NCBI GenBank assembly: GCA_018396405.1
Contig: JAGTQD010000004.1
Coordinates: 1-52,734 of the forward strand
Reading direction: 5' to 3'
DNA: 52,734 nucleotides
Origin: Candidatus Bathyarchaeota archaeon
GTDB taxonomy: Archaea > Thermoproteota > Bathyarchaeia > Bathyarchaeales > DTEX01
Shown here: piece after piece, positions 47,096 through 52,734 of the stretch
Layout: every line of letters begins with the position of its first letter
Position numbering within the stretch: position 1 is the stretch's first letter
Position numbers and translations under genes: made by a program
Notes under the pieces: generated by a model
Told to the model about the DNA's origin: nothing
Database searches by the model: none
Seen by the model: only the letters and a program-made list of their open reading frames with translations

Positions 47096-48223
47096 ATGAG
47101 CGACATCAAGAAGATTAGCGTTTTTATCCCAGTTTACAGGGAATCCGATTTCCTTGAACAAACATTATCATCCCTTTTAAATGAGCCATACAAGGAGAAG
47201 GAGATTTTTGTCGTGATAGATGAACCCACACAAAAAAGCCTAGAAATTGCCAAAGAATTCTCCTTAAAGGGAGTCCACTTTAAGCTTAATGGTGAAAGAA
47301 AGGGTAAATCTAACGCGCTGAATGAGGTTGTTAAGGAATCAAGTGGTGACATTTTTCTCTTTCTAGATTCTGATGTCTTAATAGATAATGCTTCCGGAAA
47401 AAGTTTTCTCGAAACTATATCTAGAGAAATGGAGAATGCTGACATAGTTGAGGTTAGAAAGGAGGTTATTCGAGATTCATTTATAGCCAAAGTCGCAAGC
47501 TATGATTACTTAGGTTTCACGCTGGCTAATTCATATTTTTCTCGTAAAGTTGGACGATGTCTAGTTATAAATGGCGCAGCCTTTGCCATAAAAAGAGAGA
47601 TATTCGAGAAATTGGGTGGCTTTAGGAGAACTATATGTGAAGACCTAGACATAGCTACTAGGTCTTTTGCTAGCGGAGCGCGCTTTAAATTCATAAGTGA
47701 CTTAATCGTATTCACTAAAGCGCCTTCTTCATTGAGGGAATGGTTTAGTCAAAGGAGGCGATGGGCGATCGGTGCCGCCTTTTGGATTAAAGATAACATC
47801 AAAACCCTTAGGAAGGCTCTTCGGAAGCATCCCAGAGTTATAGTTTTATCGTTACTTTCATCCTTCCCCCATATCCCACTTTTCCTAATGAGTCTTTTTC
47901 TACCGGATAAAATTTTTGCTAATGCATTATATATGCTGCTTTTACTGTTCTCGGCAACAACTAGCTTTCTAATATTCCCAACAGCCATGACATCTCTGAT
48001 AATCCCTGCCTTTAAAAGTCTCACTGTGCTCTTCAGCATATTTTTTGGATACTCCTTAATATTTTATGTCATTTCAAGGAAAATCAGATTTCGCTTTAAT
48101 TTCCTAGAGTTTACTGTCTTCTATTTTGTTATGGCGCCGCTATGGCTTATATTAATAGTGACTAGTATAATTAGGGTTCTCGCTAAGAAAACCAGTAACA
48201 TAAAGATTGATTGGAAAATATGA
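47096..48223 (+). CDS. GT2 family glycosyltransferase with C-terminal TM helices
   Basis: IPVYRE, KSNALN, DSD, CED and QRRRW motifs. Confidence 0.9.
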   Translation: MSDIKKISVFIPVYRESDFLEQTLSSLLNEPYKEKEIFVVIDEPTQKSLEIAKEFSLKGVHFKLNGERKGKSNALNEVVKESSGDIFLFLDSDVLIDNASGKSFLETISREMENADIVEVRKEVIRDSFIAKVASYDYLGFTLANSYFSRKVGRCLVINGAAFAIKREIFEKLGGFRRTICEDLDIATRSFASGARFKFISDLIVFTKAPSSLREWFSQRRRWAIGAAFWIKDNIKTLRKALRKHPRVIVLSLLSSFPHIPLFLMSLFLPDKIFANALYMLLLLFSATTSFLIFPTAMTSLIIPAFKSLTVLFSIFFGYSLIFYVISRKIRFRFNFLEFTVFYFVMAPLWLILIVTSIIRVLAKKTSNIKIDWKI

Positions 48224-48264
48224 GATGAAAGAAAATAGTGCTCTTAGCCACCGAATAGGAATCC

Positions 48265-49596
48265 TCATATTAATGGTTTTGTGAAGTTTACCTCACTGAT
48301 TAAGGCGTGCGGAACCAAGGATGGTATTTCAACCTCCCACCATTTAATCCATACTCTGGATCTGCCTAAGTCTACTATATTCTGGAGTATTCTAAGCATG
48401 TTATCGCTTATTCTTAGTTCTCTGAAGGAGGAGACTATTTCTCCACGCCTTATTCTGAATATTCCATCTCTTGGTAGCGTTGAGAAGTCTCCAGTCCTAT
48501 AATTTTGATATCTGAGGTACCAGTCATTTGTGACATATATTCCATCGTCGATTTGAGCAGATAGTTCCTCAAAGGATTTGCCGCCGGGCTCGACGATAAG
48601 GTTCCAGGGGGTTGGCACTATTATCCCAGCATTGCCAGTGGTCTCCTTACCAAACTTTTTGGCAGTTATACTGTTATGTAAATAAGTCTTTAAAACACCA
48701 TTCTCTACTATAATATTCCTCCTCGTCGGGACACCCTCATCATCAAATGCTCTAGCGCCGATGCTTCCAGCCAGCGTTGGATCATCGACTAAAGTAAACT
48801 TCTCGGAAGAAATCTTCTCTCCAATCTTATCAACAAGGAACGATTGCCCAGCATCTACCAGAAATGCTGAGGAGAGTATACCCACTTGGTTAACAATGTC
48901 CGCGAAGACCATTGGTCCAAGTAAAGTCATATATTTCCCTGGTTCCCCTGGCACGGGATTATCCGCGGCTCTCGCTATTTCTCCAGCGACCCTGCCAGCC
49001 TCCTCAGGATTAAAATCTTCTGGTTTACCAGCAATTGAGAGGAAGTGCCCCGTTGCAACATCCGAAATGAAAGCTCTAATAGACAGCTCTAGCCCCGCCT
49101 TCTCCTGCGAAGCATATACCTCCCCTGAGGTCGCTATACTTATCTCACTTTTAAAGGCACTTAATGTTCCAGCGGCTCTTTTCGCACCACTTTCCAATGC
49201 GCTATTAATGGCCCTCTCGACGTAACTAGACAGCGTCTCTGGATCTAATGGTACTTCAGGAGCTTTCAGCAGTCTTGGGTCATAGGAGAACGGGCCCTTT
49301 GGGAGCGGGGCGTATACGTCTGCTGGCGTCGTCATCTTAGCTACCCTGATGAGAGTTTTAACGTTCCTCTCTATGTTTTTAATTGATAATGTATTGATAG
49401 AGGTTGCAGCCCTATGCTTCTCAACCATGACGAATATTTCTATTGTGGCTTCATGGAAGATTTTTGATATAGTTACCTCATTATTCGAAAACCTTATCAT
49501 CACTTTCTGGGATTCAATGAGCTTCGCGGCTATATCCGTCGCCCCATACTTTCTCCCCAAATCAACAATATAGGACGGAATCTCTTTTACATTCAT
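48265..49596 (-). CDS. pmbA: TldE/PmbA family protein
   Basis: RFSNN, FDDEGV and TGNA; no HExxH motif. Confidence 0.88.
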   Translation of the reverse strand: MNVKEIPSYIVDLGRKYGATDIAAKLIESQKVMIRFSNNEVTISKIFHEATIEIFVMVEKHRAATSINTLSIKNIERNVKTLIRVAKMTTPADVYAPLPKGPFSYDPRLLKAPEVPLDPETLSSYVERAINSALESGAKRAAGTLSAFKSEISIATSGEVYASQEKAGLELSIRAFISDVATGHFLSIAGKPEDFNPEEAGRVAGEIARAADNPVPGEPGKYMTLLGPMVFADIVNQVGILSSAFLVDAGQSFLVDKIGEKISSEKFTLVDDPTLAGSIGARAFDDEGVPTRRNIIVENGVLKTYLHNSITAKKFGKETTGNAGIIVPTPWNLIVEPGGKSFEELSAQIDDGIYVTNDWYLRYQNYRTGDFSTLPRDGIFRIRRGEIVSSFRELRISDNMLRILQNIVDLGRSRVWIKWWEVEIPSLVPHALISEVNFTKPLI

Positions 49597-51041
49597 TCCC
49601 GCATCCCACCAACTCTAACTTTTCTTAAGCGTATGTGTGGTCCACCAGTCCAGACTGGTATCCCCTGCATCGGGTCGCCCTTACCGCAATAGGCTGCCTG
49701 AAACTCTAGATCTTTGCTAGCGGCATCTACAGCTGACCAGAGACCAATAGTCGTCATCTCTAAGACTGGCGCTCTAACTGGATTCTTTATTTCGCCATTC
49801 TCTATTTTGTATGCTTCTAGCCCGACATAACGCTGGTTAAATCTTCTGTCATCTATGTTCCACTCCATAAAACTCTTCACGTAAATTCCCTCCTTAACAT
49901 CCTCAAACAGTTCGTCCTTTGAATAATCTCCTGGAAGGAAGAATGTATTTGACATCCTAATTATCGGCTCACGATTATAGGCCACCGCTCTAGAAGCGCC
50001 GTTACTCATGACGCCAAATATGCTCGCTGTCTCACGGTTATGGAGAAATTCGTTAATCACCCCCTCTTTTATTAGGATCCTCCTTCTAGCCTTAACCCCC
50101 TCGTCATCATAAAGATAAAAACCAAATGAGCCCTTTATGGTTGGATCATCCGCAACATTTACATATTTACTTCCAACCCTAAGCCCAATAGAGTCTGACT
50201 TGAGAAATGTCTCCCCAGCCTGAGCAGCCTCCCTGCCAAGTATTCTATCAGCTTCACAGGGATGACCACATGATTCATGGCTCACAATACCAACAATTTC
50301 TGGCCCAAGAATCACATCCATTTCTCCTGCTGGAGACTTTTTAGCTTCTATCAAAACCCTAGCCAGCGCAGAAGTTTCTTCATGAAGGATCCTTGGCAGA
50401 TTCCATCTCTCACAAGCTTCCCACCCACCAGTCTCCCCCAAATTGATGTATCTTTGAAGCAATCCCCCCTGTGGGTGGAATAGTGTAATTAGGGCGAAGA
50501 AGGCTATTCTAGGGGTTACGCTGTAAATACTCGCCCCATCACTTGTCTTAACGAGCTTCTCTGTAATCCATGTGTCTAATGTCATAATTCTTGCTGGAAC
50601 CTTGACATCAAAAGTAGATGCCGAGCTAATTATTTCCTCGTCAGTCTCCTTAATCAGACTGGTGCGCGCCTCTGGATCAACGCTTGTGAAGCTCACCCTT
50701 GGCTTAACAATAACCTTTTCATTTCCAAGTTCTCCCTTCCCCATGGAGATTTTATGCTTAACTAGCTTGGATGTAGACTTAGCAGCCTTGAAAGCCTGCT
50801 TTAAAGCTTTCTTAATGTCATCTTTCCTTAACCGATTAGTTGATGCAAAGCCGAGTGACCCATCCACTAGAACTCTTATTCCTACACCCCTAGACTCTTC
50901 AAAAGTAAATGCCTCGAGCACATTATTCTTAAAGATTATTGATTCACGCAGATCAGTATGAAGTCTAGCCTCAGCATACTCAGCGCCCATCCCCACCGCA
51001 CTTTCAACTATAAACTCGGCTAGATCCTCCAACGAACTCAC
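49593..51041 (-). CDS. tldD: TldD metalloprotease
   Basis: HESCGHPCEAD, YDDEG, RMSN and CGK. Confidence 0.92.
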   Translation of the reverse strand: MSSLEDLAEFIVESAVGMGAEYAEARLHTDLRESIIFKNNVLEAFTFEESRGVGIRVLVDGSLGFASTNRLRKDDIKKALKQAFKAAKSTSKLVKHKISMGKGELGNEKVIVKPRVSFTSVDPEARTSLIKETDEEIISSASTFDVKVPARIMTLDTWITEKLVKTSDGASIYSVTPRIAFFALITLFHPQGGLLQRYINLGETGGWEACERWNLPRILHEETSALARVLIEAKKSPAGEMDVILGPEIVGIVSHESCGHPCEADRILGREAAQAGETFLKSDSIGLRVGSKYVNVADDPTIKGSFGFYLYDDEGVKARRRILIKEGVINEFLHNRETASIFGVMSNGASRAVAYNREPIIRMSNTFFLPGDYSKDELFEDVKEGIYVKSFMEWNIDDRRFNQRYVGLEAYKIENGEIKNPVRAPVLEMTTIGLWSAVDAASKDLEFQAAYCGKGDPMQGIPVWTGGPHIRLRKVRVGGMRE

Positions 51042-51139
51042 CCAAATAAATTCTCTAACTGATTTAAAACAAATAATTTGCTAACTTTTCTATAAAAAAC
51101 CAAATAAGCAATTAATCCCATCTTTCTTGTGGGACCCGC

Positions 51140-51787
51140 ATGTCTCTTCAAAGCTTTCCATCTAACAAGAAAGAGATGATTTTATCAGAGATCTGTCGAG
51201 TGCTTAAAAGGACTAATGCGATAGAATTTGGCACATTTAGGCTGCCTGGCGGCAAAATAACACCATATTATATAGACTTAAGGGTCATCCCAAGCTTCCC
51301 AGACGCGTTTGCAAAGATTATTGAAATATTTGTAGACGCTGTGAAGAGTGAGATTGGTGTAGAGAACTTTGATAGGGTTGCAGGTATACCGACCGCGGGT
51401 TTACCCCTAAGCGCGATTACAGCCTACATCTTAAAGAAACCCTTCATTTACATCCGCCAGAAACAGAAGCTTAAAGGTAGGGAGCGGAGGGTTGAGGGGG
51501 TGATCATGCCTGGTGACAGAATCTTATTGGTAGACGATATGGTGATGACTGGATTGAGCCTTGTTAGATCGACATTAGCTGTCAGGGCTGAGGGTGGCCT
51601 CGTAACCGATGCATTCGTTTTATTCGATAGGGAGGAGGGTGGAGAAAGGAGACTCGCAAAGATCGGCGTTAAACTCCATGCCGTTCTAGGGGCAAGCGAA
51701 GTCGCAAGAAAATTGTATGAAATGAATATTATAGAAGAAGATAAAATGAAGATAATAATCAGCCAAGTAAAAAAGGCAAAGAAGTAA
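51140..51787 (+). CDS. pyrE: Orotate phosphoribosyltransferase
   Basis: FGTFRL.GGKITPYYIDLR, LLVDD..TG.S and DREEGG. Confidence 0.88.
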   Translation: MSLQSFPSNKKEMILSEICRVLKRTNAIEFGTFRLPGGKITPYYIDLRVIPSFPDAFAKIIEIFVDAVKSEIGVENFDRVAGIPTAGLPLSAITAYILKKPFIYIRQKQKLKGRERRVEGVIMPGDRILLVDDMVMTGLSLVRSTLAVRAEGGLVTDAFVLFDREEGGERRLAKIGVKLHAVLGASEVARKLYEMNIIEEDKMKIIISQVKKAKK

Positions 51788-51790
51788 TCT

Positions 51791-52339
51791 TTAAACAATT
51801 TTTTCCAAAATTTCGGTTAGCTCACCTGGGTTATCAAAATCAAATTCGAGAAATGGCAATGTGGTCTGACCATATACATTAAGCTCTTTTTCCAGAAACT
51901 CAATGAAAATTCCCTTCTCATTCTGATAGAGTAATCCATTCCTCATGGATATCGCCGTCCTAACCGCGCATGATGGAGAGCGCTTTACCCCAATAACAGC
52001 AATAATATGAATACGTGGGTTTTTGCTCATGGTGACAAGCATTTTTATTTGTTTGGCAAAAGTTCTTGCTAATCTTTCGCAATGCTCCTTAAAGCCGGGC
52101 AACACTTCATATTCATCCTTTCTTCTAGAGGGGCGCGGGTTCCCACAGAAAGTGAATTCTGGGCACGGCATCTGAATTAATCCAATATTATGTCTTAAAG
52201 CATACTCGATCACATTGTTAGCCAATCCAATATTTCTCTCAAGTGGTTTTCCCTCCTGCCACCACCTTACGCTCTTATTCAGTAGGCAGTGAGAGACCAC
52301 TAATACTTTTGATGTAAGACTATTCATAAATATCACCAT
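51791..52339 (-). CDS. TudS/DUF523-related Fe-S desulfidase-like protein
   Basis: VSHCLLN, QMPCPE, RSPSC and GIF, the three-Cys TudS pattern. Confidence 0.7.
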   Translation of the reverse strand: MVIFMNSLTSKVLVVSHCLLNKSVRWWQEGKPLERNIGLANNVIEYALRHNIGLIQMPCPEFTFCGNPRPSRRKDEYEVLPGFKEHCERLARTFAKQIKMLVTMSKNPRIHIIAVIGVKRSPSCAVRTAISMRNGLLYQNEKGIFIEFLEKELNVYGQTTLPFLEFDFDNPGELTEILEKIV

Positions 52340-52344
52340 GAAGT

Positions 52345-52710
52345 TTATTGTTGAGGTGGACGTTTCTGAACATAAAGGTATCTTTTTGCTCTACCCTCAC
52401 GAGTCAATATTCCATCCCTAACCAGATCCAAGAGTACATGCGCCACAGCGGTTCTATCATAATGATAACCCCTTCTACTCATTTCAGTATGAACATCATT
52501 TAATGAACGGGGCGCAGAAAACCAGCCCTCCCTCCACAATTGCTCAACCACACCCCGACAAGTTTCCGCTCTAGTCGGAGGAGATTTGATCTCCGGGACA
52601 GGAACTTCCTTCAAAGAATAACTTGTGGCACTAGAAAGAACCTTCTCTACAACCTCCTTTACTTGATCCTCTCGGCACCTTATCTCAAACTCAATATTCC
52701 CAACTCTCAT
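52345..52710 (-). CDS. Hypothetical protein with C-terminal winged-helix
   Basis: EGWFSAPRSLNDVHTEM...LVRDGILTR wHTH-like pattern. Confidence 0.6.
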   Translation of the reverse strand: MRVGNIEFEIRCREDQVKEVVEKVLSSATSYSLKEVPVPEIKSPPTRAETCRGVVEQLWREGWFSAPRSLNDVHTEMSRRGYHYDRTAVAHVLLDLVRDGILTREGRAKRYLYVQKRPPQQ

Positions 52711-52734
52711 CTTTATATGAACTAAAGGTTTTGC

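Noticed and set aside
525-52725. Numerous antisense or nested ORFs in the track (e.g. 12017-12508, 42698-43207, 48761-49225)
   Set aside because: Shadows of well-supported genes on the other strand or frame.

Overview
Archaeal chromosomal segment, probably from a Bathyarchaeia-like TACK lineage. This is an inference from gene content: archaeal DnaG, Csl4, RpoL, RadA, Dph2, two corrinoid/UroD methyltransferase modules, AOR and a PEF-CTERM remnant. Housekeeping blocks (polB, dnaG, uL16, ppsA, dph2-METTL5-csl4-rpoL, sua5, cdc6-HTH-radA, topo IA, PAC2-hsp20, dys, tldD/pmbA, pyrE) are interleaved with two C1/methyl-transfer regions. Region 1 (7.5-15.4 kb) has a corrinoid protein, UroD-fold methyltransferase, AOR, MoaD, class II aldolase, AbrB-PhoU regulator and a bacterial-type NAD(P)-dependent Mtd fused to a TraB/GumN-like domain. 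Region 2 (32.4-43.7 kb) has a split, convergent Liv-type ABC transporter, an arginase-family hydrolase + corrinoid protein + O-demethylase-like methyltransferase, and cupin-hbd-crt. Non-coding highlights are a tRNA-Arg(TCT) with two introns (non-canonical 9/10 and canonical 37/38), a candidate box C/D sRNA, a tnpB-3'-end-like remnant, a 21-bp direct-repeat pair around a 36-nt doubly hairpinned spacer, and decayed gene fragments next to the tRNA. All family calls come from motif recognition by eye; no searches were run.
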